From: Candidatus Heimdallarchaeota archaeon
GTDB taxonomy: Archaea; Asgardarchaeota; Heimdallarchaeia; Hodarchaeales; Hodarchaeaceae
DNA length: 64,000 bases
Direction: 5' to 3'
Assembly (NCBI GenBank): GCA_011364965.1
Contig: RDOB01000002.1
Location: forward strand, 64,001 to 128,000
In this document: positions 8,630 through 18,890 of the stretch, piece by piece
Position numbering within the stretch: position 1 is the first letter of the stretch
Layout: every line of letters starts with the position of its first letter
Translations under genes and position numbers: made by a program
The notes under the pieces: generated by a model
What the model saw: the letters and a program-made list of their open reading frames with translations, nothing else
What the model was told of the DNA's origin: nothing
Database searches by the model: none

Positions 8630-10789
8630 ATGCATCTGAGATTGATTGAGAAAAACATTCCTATTAAAGAAATTAGTGAGATCTCAATACCTGAGAGAAG
8701 TAGTTACAAACCAATATATCAGATTTCTAAATGGTTTGCTCGTCGTTCCTCATCAACTTTTAGGGCTTTACTACTCGCAGCTACTTTAGCTCCAGATCAA
8801 AATTTGATGGAGTATTTCTATAAAGAAAATTACATTCCGGAAAAGGTTGTATTAGATCCATTTATGGGTGGAGGGACAACTATTGTTGAAGGTTTGCGAC
8901 TAGGGATGAAGTGTATTGGAATTGATATTAATCCCGTAGCATGGTTTATTACTAAGACTGAAGTTGAGGCCATTTTAGAAGAAGACCTTCAATCTTTAAT
9001 CGCGCATTGTGAAGCAAATATAAAACCAGACATTCAAAAGTGGTACAAAACTCAATGTCCTATATGTGAAAGAGAAGCAGAAATAATCTATATACATTGG
9101 GTAAAACAACTACCTTGCTATATATGCAGTTCAATGGTTACGCTTTTTCGTACTTATATCCTAAATCAAAAAGGTAAATTTGCAACAGTTTTATGTCCCT
9201 CTTGCCATTCGGTTTTTTCATCTCTCCTCGAGTCGGATAGAGTTAGCTGTTCACGTTGTGAATACAGATTTAATCCCAGAATTGGCAACCGCGTGAGTAG
9301 AAGCTCTTACAAATGTTCCAACTGTGGAACAACAAGTCATATATTAAAATCGATTCGAAAATATAATAAAATTCTACCTTCTCAAATGTACGCTATCGAA
9401 GGATATTGTTCTCACTGTGCGAGAGAAAAGGATGTAAAATCCCCTCTTAAAAAGTCTAATTATAAATTCATTAAGCAGATTGACGCTTCAGATGAAGAAT
9501 TATTTTATTCAGCAGAGAAATACTGGGAAAAAACTAAGTCTACTTTACTCTGGCCCAAAAATACCATTCCTGAGGGAACAATAACAAAAACCTTGAAGAA
9601 TCATCATTATAGATTTTGGTTTGATTTATTTAATTCTCGTCAGTTAATTTGTCTTTCGATAATCTTCAATTATATTAAATCTGTAGAAGATGTTTTGAAA
9701 CAAGAATTGTTGTTAGCTGCGTTCATAAATTTACTTAACCATAATAATGTATTTACACGTTATTCTCCTGGAGGTCATAAAGTAGAAGGAATATTTGCAC
9801 GACATGATTTTCACCCTTTATCGACTTTTGCAGAAAACAATGTGTGGGGGAGTAAGTATGGACGAGGAACTTGGATTAAATGCATGAACCGACTTGTTAC
9901 GGGGAAAAGGTATAATTTCCAACCTTATAGCCATAAACGTTTTAATAAAGATGGTTCATTGAGAGTTGAGAAAGTATTTACCGGTAGTATTGATGGACAT
10001 GTCTCCTTAAATCCTCTCAATAATTTTTCCTCCTCCAAGGATTACAATTCTATTCTAATGTGCAGAGATGCAGAAAAAATTAATGATATCCCCCAATTGG
10101 TTGATTTAATAATTACAGATCCTCCCTATGCAGATAATGTCAACTATTCGGAGCTTTCTGATTTCTTTTATGCTTGGTTACGGTTAATTCTAAAAGATCG
10201 GTATCCTTTTTTTTCTAGTAAAGAAACACCAAAGGAAAGCGAAGCTATTAAAGATAAGAATAGGACAATAGATTACTATAAAAAGCTAGTTGGAATTTTT
10301 AGTGCAGTAAAAACTAAATTAAAGCCAGATGGATTAATCATCTTTACATTTCATCATTCTAATCGGCTAGTTTGGCTTCAATTGATAAAATCTCTTTTTG
10401 AAGCGAAAATTTATATTCTCAAAACTTATCCCATTCCTAGTGAAGCGAGAAATGTCTTAAATATTCAAAATAAGAAAGCAATTGCTTTTGATTTAATAAT
10501 TGTTGCGAAATCAAGAGATAAATTTATATCAAAAAAAATAGATCTCATTGATTTTAAAACAAAGTTTATTTCAGAAGGTAAATTCAGGTTTAAAACTCTT
10601 GAAAAAGCAAATATTACAATCAAAGGGTACGATCATCTCGTGGTCATTTATGGGGTACTAATGGAATTGTTATCGGAATACGTCGTACAAGACGAAGTAT
10701 CAACCCCTCTGACGATAGATGAGGTTTGGACTCATACATCAAATCTAATTTTAACTGATTTAATGCAAGATAAAGCTGAGTCAAAATGA
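8630..10789 (+). CDS. DUF1156/COG1743-type adenine DNA methyltransferase with Zn ribbons
   Basis: KWFARR, DPFMGGGTT, GIDINPVA, multiple CxxC pairs (CPIC, CYIC, CPSC, CSRC, CSNC, CSHC), TDPPYADNVNYSELSDFFY, FTFHH. Confidence 0.9.
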   Translation: MHLRLIEKNIPIKEISEISIPERSSYKPIYQISKWFARRSSSTFRALLLAATLAPDQNLMEYFYKENYIPEKVVLDPFMGGGTTIVEGLRLGMKCIGIDINPVAWFITKTEVEAILEEDLQSLIAHCEANIKPDIQKWYKTQCPICEREAEIIYIHWVKQLPCYICSSMVTLFRTYILNQKGKFATVLCPSCHSVFSSLLESDRVSCSRCEYRFNPRIGNRVSRSSYKCSNCGTTSHILKSIRKYNKILPSQMYAIEGYCSHCAREKDVKSPLKKSNYKFIKQIDASDEELFYSAEKYWEKTKSTLLWPKNTIPEGTITKTLKNHHYRFWFDLFNSRQLICLSIIFNYIKSVEDVLKQELLLAAFINLLNHNNVFTRYSPGGHKVEGIFARHDFHPLSTFAENNVWGSKYGRGTWIKCMNRLVTGKRYNFQPYSHKRFNKDGSLRVEKVFTGSIDGHVSLNPLNNFSSSKDYNSILMCRDAEKINDIPQLVDLIITDPPYADNVNYSELSDFFYAWLRLILKDRYPFFSSKETPKESEAIKDKNRTIDYYKKLVGIFSAVKTKLKPDGLIIFTFHHSNRLVWLQLIKSLFEAKIYILKTYPIPSEARNVLNIQNKKAIAFDLIIVAKSRDKFISKKIDLIDFKTKFISEGKFRFKTLEKANITIKGYDHLVVIYGVLMELLSEYVVQDEVSTPLTIDEVWTHTSNLILTDLMQDKAESK

Positions 10790-11550
10790 GTGAAGATTCA
10801 TCATATGAGCTAGTTATTGGGGATGTTATTAAGCAACTTCCATTAAAAGCACAAAAGAGAAAATTTAATTTGTTTATCGCTGATCCGCCCTTTGGTATTT
10901 CTTTTAATAAATCAAGTCACGAATATGGTGCGAAGGAATATAATCTTTATCAGGATGAATTTACACCTGAGGGATATTTTGAGTTCTCTAAGCAATGGAT
11001 TGAGATTTGCTATAATTCATTGGTGAAAAATGGAAGTCTCTATATTATATCAGGATGGACTAATTTACAATATATCCTGAATGCTCTTGCTTTATCAAAA
11101 TTTTACCTGTTAAACCATGCGATATGGTATTTCTCTTGGGGAGTGTACACTAAAAGGAGATTTGCAACAAGTCATTATCATATTTTGTTACTGATAAAAA
11201 ATAAAAAAAATTATCAGTTCTATAAACAGAAGAAATATGATGAAGACGTTTTTTTTTGGCCCGAATATAATCGAGGGAATGACCCACATCGGATTAAGGG
11301 GCATCCATGCCAATTGCCTATCGCGCTATTAGAAAAACTTATCCTTACCTCTAGTTCTCCTGGAGATTTGGTAGGAGACATATTTTCTGGGAGTGGAGGA
11401 ACAATTCTAGCTGCTAGGAAGACAGATAGAGATGTAATTGGATTTGAGATAAGAGAGGATTATAAAGACATAATTTATCAAAAAGCTAAGTTTGGAAAAT
11501 CCCTTTCACAAGAAAACTCCGTTACATTAGAAAGTTATCTCCCTAAATGA
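10786..11550 (+). CDS. Beta-class DNA methyltransferase (N6-A/N4-C)
   Basis: ADPPF (motif IV) precedes HPCQLP and DIFSGSG (motif I), GFEI; ATGA overlap with the upstream MTase. Confidence 0.88.
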   Translation: MSEDSSYELVIGDVIKQLPLKAQKRKFNLFIADPPFGISFNKSSHEYGAKEYNLYQDEFTPEGYFEFSKQWIEICYNSLVKNGSLYIISGWTNLQYILNALALSKFYLLNHAIWYFSWGVYTKRRFATSHYHILLLIKNKKNYQFYKQKKYDEDVFFWPEYNRGNDPHRIKGHPCQLPIALLEKLILTSSSPGDLVGDIFSGSGGTILAARKTDRDVIGFEIREDYKDIIYQKAKFGKSLSQENSVTLESYLPK

Positions 11551-13290
11551 TATTGTATTCTCGATATAGTTGAGATATTCACTACAATGATATAATTGGA
11601 GAATTAGTTGATCTATCTTTTTTATATCATCCTTCTGAACCTCCTCTGACCCATGCATCAATTTAGTTTGCTTTATGATACTTTCATATATAGGATTTTC
11701 TTTCCTTGGTACCAGTACAGGAATTCGTTTTAGATTAAAAATCGAAATTGCATTAGTAAATCGTGATCCTAGATTGAATTGAGTTTCATAAAACCAGCTA
11801 AACAGAGATGAATTGAGAACCGCAAGAAAAAAATATAATAATTCTGGTCTTTGAGAAAACTGTGGTTTTAATCGAAGATTATACACATTTTGAGTAGTCC
11901 ATCTGCTTCTGAAGTCCAAAGCTATGCACGGAACTCGTTTAATTTTTTGCATTACTAATTTTGGGGAATCATAAATTTTTGTGTTCTTTTTTAATTTGAA
12001 TTTCAAATCGGGGATAATATAATGAGTACCAATTATCCTATATGGTTGAATATCATCTCCAGTAAGAATTTCTTGACTATATTCGTGATCTTTTGTTTTT
12101 CTAATTATATATTTGACCATCAAATCCTCTTTATTTAAATTTTGGCTACATTGAGAGCATTCAACAATTTTTTTGCGACTTGAGAGAGGTACCCAGTTTT
12201 TACAGTTGTAACAATACATCAGTCCTCCCTTTTTCGATAATTCCTCCCCTCTATGGATAATGAAGAAATCATTAATACATTTGGTTTCTTTTGTTATCAT
12301 TTCCAAAATTTTTTGAGCTTTTTTGTTATAATTAAAGTTAAAAACATAATCAATATTATTCAGATAGACACTCTGAGGGATTTCTAATTTATCGTTAACA
12401 TGAATCAAGGTATTAAGACGATTAAAGCTTTTATAGAGTCCAATTAATGATATGAATTCCTGAGTTACTCCTTTAAACAATCCATGAAAATTTATTTCCA
12501 GAATTTGGAAATTTTCTAGAATATATTTTCTAAGGTGGGTGTATTGATTCGATCTTGCGATATTTTTAGGTAGGATAAATGCAAGGATCCCCGAATCTTT
12601 TTGTAGTAATTGTGTTGCTTGATATAAAAATAATGAGAAAGTGTTTAGGTTCCTTTTAGGGCTTTTCAATTCAAATTTAGCGTGGAAATAATCCTTTTGA
12701 TCCTTTGATAGCTTTGCACCCCATGGAGGGTTACCCAAAATAATATCAAAGAATTTACTTCCTTCTAAACCCCAGTTTGATACATCAGCTTTAAGGAAAT
12801 CCCCATTAATAATATTTCTCTCTAAAATTTTAGCATAGCTACTATTTATTTGCATTTTATAATTATTTTGAAGATTTTTTCGGCATTGCAGGAGTGAAGC
12901 TTTATCGATTTCCATTCCGTATATATTTTTTAGAACTATATGGGAATTGTTATCTTTACTCAACATCAAAATCTCATTAATCAAATTTTGCAAGTATTTT
13001 AAGTAATTTAATGAATTCCTTAAGAATTCTCCATCCCCTGTTGCTCCATCAAGGATCTTAATCGATTTTAAGAATTTTTGCAGTTGTCTAATTTCATAGG
13101 GAGATTTGCTTGAAATGATGTTTTCCATTGAAGAATATTCTTTATTGCATTGCAGGTTTATTTTTGTCAATAAATAGTAGTCTATTGCAGCTTTTGTAAG
13201 TGGTAGAGATAATTCAGATGGAGTGTAAAAAGCACCGAGCTCTTTGCGTTTCCTAAATTCCTGATTCTTTTTTATATAACCCACGCTCAT
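11527..13290 (-). CDS. Gamma-class N6-adenine DNA methyltransferase (Eco57I/TaqI-like) with target-recognition domain and Zn ribbon
   Basis: GAFYTP, ILDGATGDGEFL, IYGMEID, GNPPW, TaqI-C-like 'FFLAVLNSSLFSWFY...LKRIPV'; CYNC...CSQC insert; no N-terminal REase domain. Confidence 0.85.
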   Translation of the reverse strand: MSVGYIKKNQEFRKRKELGAFYTPSELSLPLTKAAIDYYLLTKINLQCNKEYSSMENIISSKSPYEIRQLQKFLKSIKILDGATGDGEFLRNSLNYLKYLQNLINEILMLSKDNNSHIVLKNIYGMEIDKASLLQCRKNLQNNYKMQINSSYAKILERNIINGDFLKADVSNWGLEGSKFFDIILGNPPWGAKLSKDQKDYFHAKFELKSPKRNLNTFSLFLYQATQLLQKDSGILAFILPKNIARSNQYTHLRKYILENFQILEINFHGLFKGVTQEFISLIGLYKSFNRLNTLIHVNDKLEIPQSVYLNNIDYVFNFNYNKKAQKILEMITKETKCINDFFIIHRGEELSKKGGLMYCYNCKNWVPLSSRKKIVECSQCSQNLNKEDLMVKYIIRKTKDHEYSQEILTGDDIQPYRIIGTHYIIPDLKFKLKKNTKIYDSPKLVMQKIKRVPCIALDFRSRWTTQNVYNLRLKPQFSQRPELLYFFLAVLNSSLFSWFYETQFNLGSRFTNAISIFNLKRIPVLVPRKENPIYESIIKQTKLMHGSEEVQKDDIKKIDQLILQLYHCSEYLNYIENTISFREITF

Positions 13291-16205
13291 TATTTAATTA
13301 GTTGAATCTTGGATTGACATGTTACACATGTTTCATGCTCAAATAGCCATTCCTCAATGTGTCCAAGATGGTACGCTTGCTCACATACAGGACATTTTAG
13401 TATTGTAACATTATCAACAGGTTTTTGACATAAAACACATAATGTATGACTGATTTTATGTGTATATTTTTCATTGATATCACTGTTCGTCATATCTTGG
13501 TATTGAAAATCCACTTCTAACCGGGGAAAAGCAATCTTCTTACTTTCTTCTATAATTTCTTCGCTTTTAATGGGAGATCCTAAGCTAACTAAAATACAAT
13601 TCTCCTTTAAGAAATAATAAAGTTCTTTTAAGATGGGGATTGAACTTTCACTAGGCCCAGTGCCTACGATTATCATTTTTTTCTTTGCTCGTGTTAAAGC
13701 TACGTTCAATCTTCTCTCATCTTCAAGAATATTAGGTGATTCAAAAGTACATAAGGATAGAATGATAACTTCTTTGTCTGATCCCTGAAATCTATCAATA
13801 GTATCGATAACAACATCATAGTTAGCAGTAACACGCCGAATCTCTGCAACCTGTCCTCTAAAAGGAGCTATTATCCCAATTTGTTCCATTTTTAGACCTA
13901 ATCGTTGGAAATTATAAATAAGTCTCTTAATAATCTTTGCTTCATTTTCATTTACTCGCTTATGTCGATCAAACACCGATTCTTGTTGGAGATATACAAG
14001 AGGATGATCTGGGTCAAGTATAATTTTGAAAAGCTGGTCAATTTTCTCAAATATGCCTTCGTTTTGTGGAAGAATATCCCAAATTACTTGCTTTGCTATC
14101 TCCTGAGTAGCTGCTTGCACTTTATTTTCATAGAATTTCTGATTACTAAACTCCATAAGTTGCTCATTCATTCTATATTGATATTGTAGCATTACACATG
14201 CATTAGGATATAATTTCTTAAGTCTTTCAAACAACGAAGTCCCCAAACCCAACTTTTCTGCTTGTGTACTCTGAATTAAGGGTGGTAATTGTTTTTCGTC
14301 CCCTACTAAGATGAATCTATTACCTTTTGTGATTGCAGCGAGAATAGAGGGTTCTGTCATTTGCGAAGCCTCATCCACTATCACTACATCAAAAAGCAAA
14401 TCATCAAAAACACCTCGTCCAATTGTTGTAGTAGTAGCTGCAACTATAGGCAATTGAGTCAGCTTATGATAATCAATGTTTGTATTTTCTAAAGTAAATT
14501 GCTGAACTTTAGAATCGACTACTTGTTCGATTCCTAATCTAACAAGCTCTTTAGTTGTTATGTCATGATCAGAGACTTGTATATATTGTATTATAATATT
14601 ATCAACAGCTGTATTTGTGTATGCAGTCAATAATATCCTTAAACCCTGATTAACGAACGAATCTACAAGTTTGGCAATTGTGTATGTTTTTCCAGTTCCA
14701 GCAGGACCTTGGATCATACAATAATCTTTAGCTCGAAAAGCTAGATTTATTGCTTCTTGCTGACTTTGATCTAAACCCAAAATTCTATTTGGTTTCAATT
14801 CTTGGAATTCTGGGCTTTCACCTTTCACAATTAAATGATGAGTTTTATGATTTGATTTTGTTCCAAAAGTTATTTGAAATAGATTCTTATTCAATCTTCT
14901 TGACATAAATCCCGGAGAATATGAATCCAAAAATGCATTTTGAGGTAATTTATTGGAGCTTTCCAATAATACCGAATTCCGGTTTATAGAAGCAATTATT
15001 GCATAATAATTTTGATCATTCACTGGATCTCCCCTACTTAGAATAACTGGTTCACCAGATCGCAATTCTGAAATGTTCTGACAACTATATTCATATAGAT
15101 TTTGATTTTGATGAATTAGAGAAAGTCCAGAGATAGCTTTTCCTATTTTTTCTCTACCTTTGGGTAAAAATTTCCACAAATAGGCAAATTCTTGACGATT
15201 TTTTTTCAGTTCTTGTTGAATTAAAGCAGAAAAATGAGTAAGATACTGGAATGGGATGTTTCCTTTTTTGGATTGGTAAACTTCAAAGAGGAATTGACAT
15301 TTTTCTTGAAAAAAACATTTTTCACATTTTGAAGGATTTCTTTCTTTTTCTGAGGGAAAATAACCCTCGAATTGAATTAAATAACTAAAATTGCGCGCCA
15401 TATGGATTTTCTGTAATAAATCATAATTCATCTCTGTTGGTCGAAATGCTGGAACTCCTTCACCTGAATATATTATGTATGTTTGATTTACCGCTTTGGA
15501 TGTGATACTTAGTCCCTGCATATAAATAATTGCCTGAACTAGATCAGTATACCAAGTATTCAGTTCTTTCGGAGGTATTTTTTGTCCAGTTTTTAATTCA
15601 AATAACTTTTTTGGGACTAAAAAATCAATTCTCCCTAATAGTCCATAAAGGGGGGAAATGAATGTTGTTTCCGTTTGGACTTCCCCCTCCATTAAAGTGG
15701 GAGCTGAATGTGCTAATCCGTTGAGAACTGATTTTAATTCAGGTATCAATTCTTCCATATTAGCATTTAAATAAGACAATGGGAGAAAAAACTTATTTAA
15801 TGCAACTTCAAGAGCGTTGGAAACTGATTTATCTTGAGAAACGATCAAAGAGAGTGCTTCATGCAAGATAGATCCTCTTATCATAGGAAGAGTCGGTTTC
15901 TGTTCTCCTATTACATTTTCTGTAAAAGCTCGATAAACACATGAAGCTGCACTTGTAATTGCGTGAGCATTAACCAAAAAATCTGGGTTGAGTATGATTA
16001 GTGTATCAGGGGTGCAATCATACTGATATTCTCCTAAGTAATAAGCTTCCACAATTCTAAGGGGAGTCAGATATGTAACTTTTGAGAATGGAAAGTATTT
16101 CCATGGATTATGGAGTTCAAGTTCAATCGTTTCATTCTTTTGAGGGACACAGAGTGAAATTCTGTTCCCTTTTCGTTCTAGAAATAATCCATCAATACTA
16201 TTCAT
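13290..16205 (-). CDS. dna2: Dna2-like Fe-S nuclease / SF1B helicase with C-terminal RING finger
   Basis: LILNPDFLVN, SCVYR + CEKCFFQEKC (Fe-S ligands), GRIDF...FELKTG (RecB-type nuclease), QGPAGTGKT, TAYTNTAVDN, VDEASQ, VGDEKQLPP, QYRMN, TIDRFQGSDKE, RLNVALTRAK; C-terminal CxxC-x11-CPxC-x4-HxxH-x3-W-x6-CxxC. Confidence 0.9.
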   Translation of the reverse strand: MNSIDGLFLERKGNRISLCVPQKNETIELELHNPWKYFPFSKVTYLTPLRIVEAYYLGEYQYDCTPDTLIILNPDFLVNAHAITSAASCVYRAFTENVIGEQKPTLPMIRGSILHEALSLIVSQDKSVSNALEVALNKFFLPLSYLNANMEELIPELKSVLNGLAHSAPTLMEGEVQTETTFISPLYGLLGRIDFLVPKKLFELKTGQKIPPKELNTWYTDLVQAIIYMQGLSITSKAVNQTYIIYSGEGVPAFRPTEMNYDLLQKIHMARNFSYLIQFEGYFPSEKERNPSKCEKCFFQEKCQFLFEVYQSKKGNIPFQYLTHFSALIQQELKKNRQEFAYLWKFLPKGREKIGKAISGLSLIHQNQNLYEYSCQNISELRSGEPVILSRGDPVNDQNYYAIIASINRNSVLLESSNKLPQNAFLDSYSPGFMSRRLNKNLFQITFGTKSNHKTHHLIVKGESPEFQELKPNRILGLDQSQQEAINLAFRAKDYCMIQGPAGTGKTYTIAKLVDSFVNQGLRILLTAYTNTAVDNIIIQYIQVSDHDITTKELVRLGIEQVVDSKVQQFTLENTNIDYHKLTQLPIVAATTTTIGRGVFDDLLFDVVIVDEASQMTEPSILAAITKGNRFILVGDEKQLPPLIQSTQAEKLGLGTSLFERLKKLYPNACVMLQYQYRMNEQLMEFSNQKFYENKVQAATQEIAKQVIWDILPQNEGIFEKIDQLFKIILDPDHPLVYLQQESVFDRHKRVNENEAKIIKRLIYNFQRLGLKMEQIGIIAPFRGQVAEIRRVTANYDVVIDTIDRFQGSDKEVIILSLCTFESPNILEDERRLNVALTRAKKKMIIVGTGPSESSIPILKELYYFLKENCILVSLGSPIKSEEIIEESKKIAFPRLEVDFQYQDMTNSDINEKYTHKISHTLCVLCQKPVDNVTILKCPVCEQAYHLGHIEEWLFEHETCVTCQSKIQLIK

Positions 16206-16320
16206 CGATAAATCCCAAAATTAGGTTGATATATTTGAATTTTTTAGATTGTAGTGGGAGTAAGGATATTTAATAGGTTGATAAATAGAAGAACAAAATA
16301 ATACCGAAAAAGTGATTGAG

Positions 16321-16791
16321 ATGAAGGGTCATACTCATTTACTGTTTAACCTTGGATTTGTGTCATTATTATTCATCATTTTTCCTGTGAATTCTATCTT
16401 CTGGATCATAGGCGTGTTAATAGTCTCGCCAATATTTTCAAGAATTCCAGATCGTGATCAGATGATATCAAAGATTACTTTTAATCAAATTATTCCTCAT
16501 AGGGGAAAAGGCACACATAATCTTCTGTATGGACTTCCTTTAATAATTATGCTCTTTGCGAATAATATTCCTTACTATGGAGAAATTATAATATTTTTAA
16601 TTGGATCGATATTTGGTTCATTATTTGCACATAGTTTTGTCGATATGTTCAATTATGGAGGAGTTTGGCTTGGTATATTTAAAATTAAAGGATTTTTAAG
16701 ATGGGATTCAATGCTTGGTAATTTATTTTTTCAAATTACTGGAGTAATGTTCTTCACCATTTCGCTCCTATTCTATATAGATTTTCTCTAA
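16321..16791 (+). CDS. Membrane-bound metal-dependent hydrolase (YdjM/DUF457-like)
   Basis: MKGHTH, PDRD, HRGKGTHNL, HSFVD, several hydrophobic TM segments. Confidence 0.8.
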   Translation: MKGHTHLLFNLGFVSLLFIIFPVNSIFWIIGVLIVSPIFSRIPDRDQMISKITFNQIIPHRGKGTHNLLYGLPLIIMLFANNIPYYGEIIIFLIGSIFGSLFAHSFVDMFNYGGVWLGIFKIKGFLRWDSMLGNLFFQITGVMFFTISLLFYIDFL

Positions 16792-17238
16792 AAATTCTAT
16801 GAAAAAAGAATAATGCTAATATCCCCTTTTTACCATATTTAATCCAAATAATATTCCTTGGAAACGGCTTATGTGTATCACTTTTATCCTATCCTGTCCA
16901 ATGATCCTCCATTTGCTTAATATTCCCGTATTTTCAACCTCAAAGAGATCAATAAGATTTTTTCCGCTTCTTCTAAGAATTTGGAGTAGTTATAGGATTA
17001 ATTTCAATGTTTATCGCGTCTAATATTCTTATAACTGTAATCCAAGTTAGATTCGGTTTACATTATACTTTGGAATTTTGTATTCAGCGTTTTTTGTCAA
17101 TCCTATGTTTAAAAGGGAAGAATCCTCTATCCTTCTAGTGAAAAAATGTCTAGATATGAACCCATATCAACTAAAAATATAAAGAAATATTTAGAAATCT
17201 AAGTGTCATATACAATTACAAATGAAGTGAGATTGAAA

Positions 17239-17946
17239 ATGCCTGAGGAACTCTATTTAAATAATATGAATCTAAAAAAGTTTGAAGCAAAGGTGGTTTC
17301 AGTTACTGATGGAAAATTTATTATTTTGAATCAAACAGTATTTTATCCCAAGTCAGGAGGAGTCGCGAATGATGAAGGAGTGCTTAAGAAGGATTCTGAA
17401 ATATATAATGTCGTCTACGTAGGGAAATTTGGAGGGAAAGTTTCTCATGAAGTGGATAAAACAGGTTTATGCGTTGGAGACAAAGTAATTGGTGAATTAG
17501 ACTGGATTAGAAGATTTAAACTAATGAGATATCACACCGCGGTTCATGTTGTTAGTGGAATTTTCTATAAAAATTTAGGAGTAAAAATTACGGGAGGTGA
17601 TATAAGTATAGACCAAGGTCGTGTTGATTTCAATCTAGAGCACTTTGATCGGAATGAAATTGAAAAACAGATAAAAGAATGCAACGATATTATTCAAAAA
17701 GATTATCCTGTAGAAGTTTATTATATGGATCGAGCAGAGGTAGAGATTGATCCTGATCTTACCAAATTAGCTAAAGGTTTTCCAAAGAATATTAAAACTG
17801 TTCGTATTGTGGATATCAAAGGATTTGATAGGCAGCCTGATGGAGGATGCCATGTTAGCTCACTAAAGGAAATAGGCAAGATTCAAATCTCGAAGCTGAT
17901 AAACAAAGGAAAAAATAATCGTCGACTGTATATCACTTTGGAGTAG
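17239..17946 (+). CDS. alaX: Free-standing alanyl-tRNA editing protein AlaX (AlaX-M)
   Basis: TVFYPKSGG, MRYHTAVH, RIVDI, QPDGGCHV, EIG, NKGKNNRR. Confidence 0.92.
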   Translation: MPEELYLNNMNLKKFEAKVVSVTDGKFIILNQTVFYPKSGGVANDEGVLKKDSEIYNVVYVGKFGGKVSHEVDKTGLCVGDKVIGELDWIRRFKLMRYHTAVHVVSGIFYKNLGVKITGGDISIDQGRVDFNLEHFDRNEIEKQIKECNDIIQKDYPVEVYYMDRAEVEIDPDLTKLAKGFPKNIKTVRIVDIKGFDRQPDGGCHVSSLKEIGKIQISKLINKGKNNRRLYITLE

Positions 17947-17973
17947 ATCTAGTTAAGGAATATGTCTTTCAAT

Positions 17974-18708
17974 CTATCGATTTTCCCAATTAATTGTCCG
18001 AGGGTTATATCTAGGTTTGATAATCATCTCTGCGGTATTTACATTCGGAGATTCCGTTACTAGATAATCACATGCATGAGCAATGTCCTCAGGTTCCATA
18101 CTCCATTCTACGTGAGTTGGCTTTTTGCTTCCAAATTCAGTAAGAACACTTCCTGGACAAATTGTTGTTACTTTGATTTTATATTCCTTGAGATCCTCTC
18201 TTAATGACCAAGTGAATCCTTGAACTGCATGTTTTGAAGCTGAATATAGTGTACCTGATTTAAAACCGTTTTTTCCTGCAATGCTGCTAATATTTATGAT
18301 ATGTCCCGAATTTTGTTTTATTAAATGTGGGACAACATATTTTGTGAGTAAAAATAAACCTTTCATATTTACATCAAAGATGAAATTATAATCCTCTATT
18401 GTAAATTCATCTATCCGGGCAAAACGTCCTACTCCCGCATTATTTATTAGTACATCAATACAATTATATTTATTAATAGTTTTTTCTACAAGGTTTTTAA
18501 TTTCATCTTCAATGGTGAGATCTGTAGGGATAATATGGACTTTACAATCGAATTTATTTGTTATATCCTCTTTTATGCTATTTAGCGAACTTATATCCCG
18601 AGCAGCTAAAATTAAATTCATTTTCCTTGCAGCTAACTTATAACTAATGGCTTTTCCTATCCCCTTTGAAGCACCGGTTATTATGACAACTTTTCCTTTC
18701 TTAAACAT
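17974..18708 (-). CDS. Short-chain dehydrogenase/reductase
   Basis: TGASKGIG, NNAG, SSIAG, YSASK, ICPG. Confidence 0.93.
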   Translation of the reverse strand: MFKKGKVVIITGASKGIGKAISYKLAARKMNLILAARDISSLNSIKEDITNKFDCKVHIIPTDLTIEDEIKNLVEKTINKYNCIDVLINNAGVGRFARIDEFTIEDYNFIFDVNMKGLFLLTKYVVPHLIKQNSGHIINISSIAGKNGFKSGTLYSASKHAVQGFTWSLREDLKEYKIKVTTICPGSVLTEFGSKKPTHVEWSMEPEDIAHACDYLVTESPNVNTAEMIIKPRYNPRTINWENR

Positions 18709-18890
18709 ATCCTATATCTCCTTAGCTAGTATGAAAACTTTGGAGATAAAAGATAAATTAAACTGCTGATGAGATTTTCGTTCTTTCTTTATCTTAATTC
18801 AATAGAATAGAGGAATAAGCTTATTTAAATCAAAGTTTTTGATTGGAATTAATCATAATATGTGAATCATATTCCTTTGGAGGATCAAGT

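Noticed and set aside
16792-17200. Stop-free ~57-codon stretch on the minus strand in a 400-bp gap
   Set aside because: No usable upstream start and no recognisable homology; it may be a decayed remnant but I cannot support that
17203-17946. AlaX Zn motif DGGCH instead of CGGTH as a sign of inactivation
   Set aside because: Asp at this position is seen in archaeal AlaX-M proteins, and HxxxH is intact
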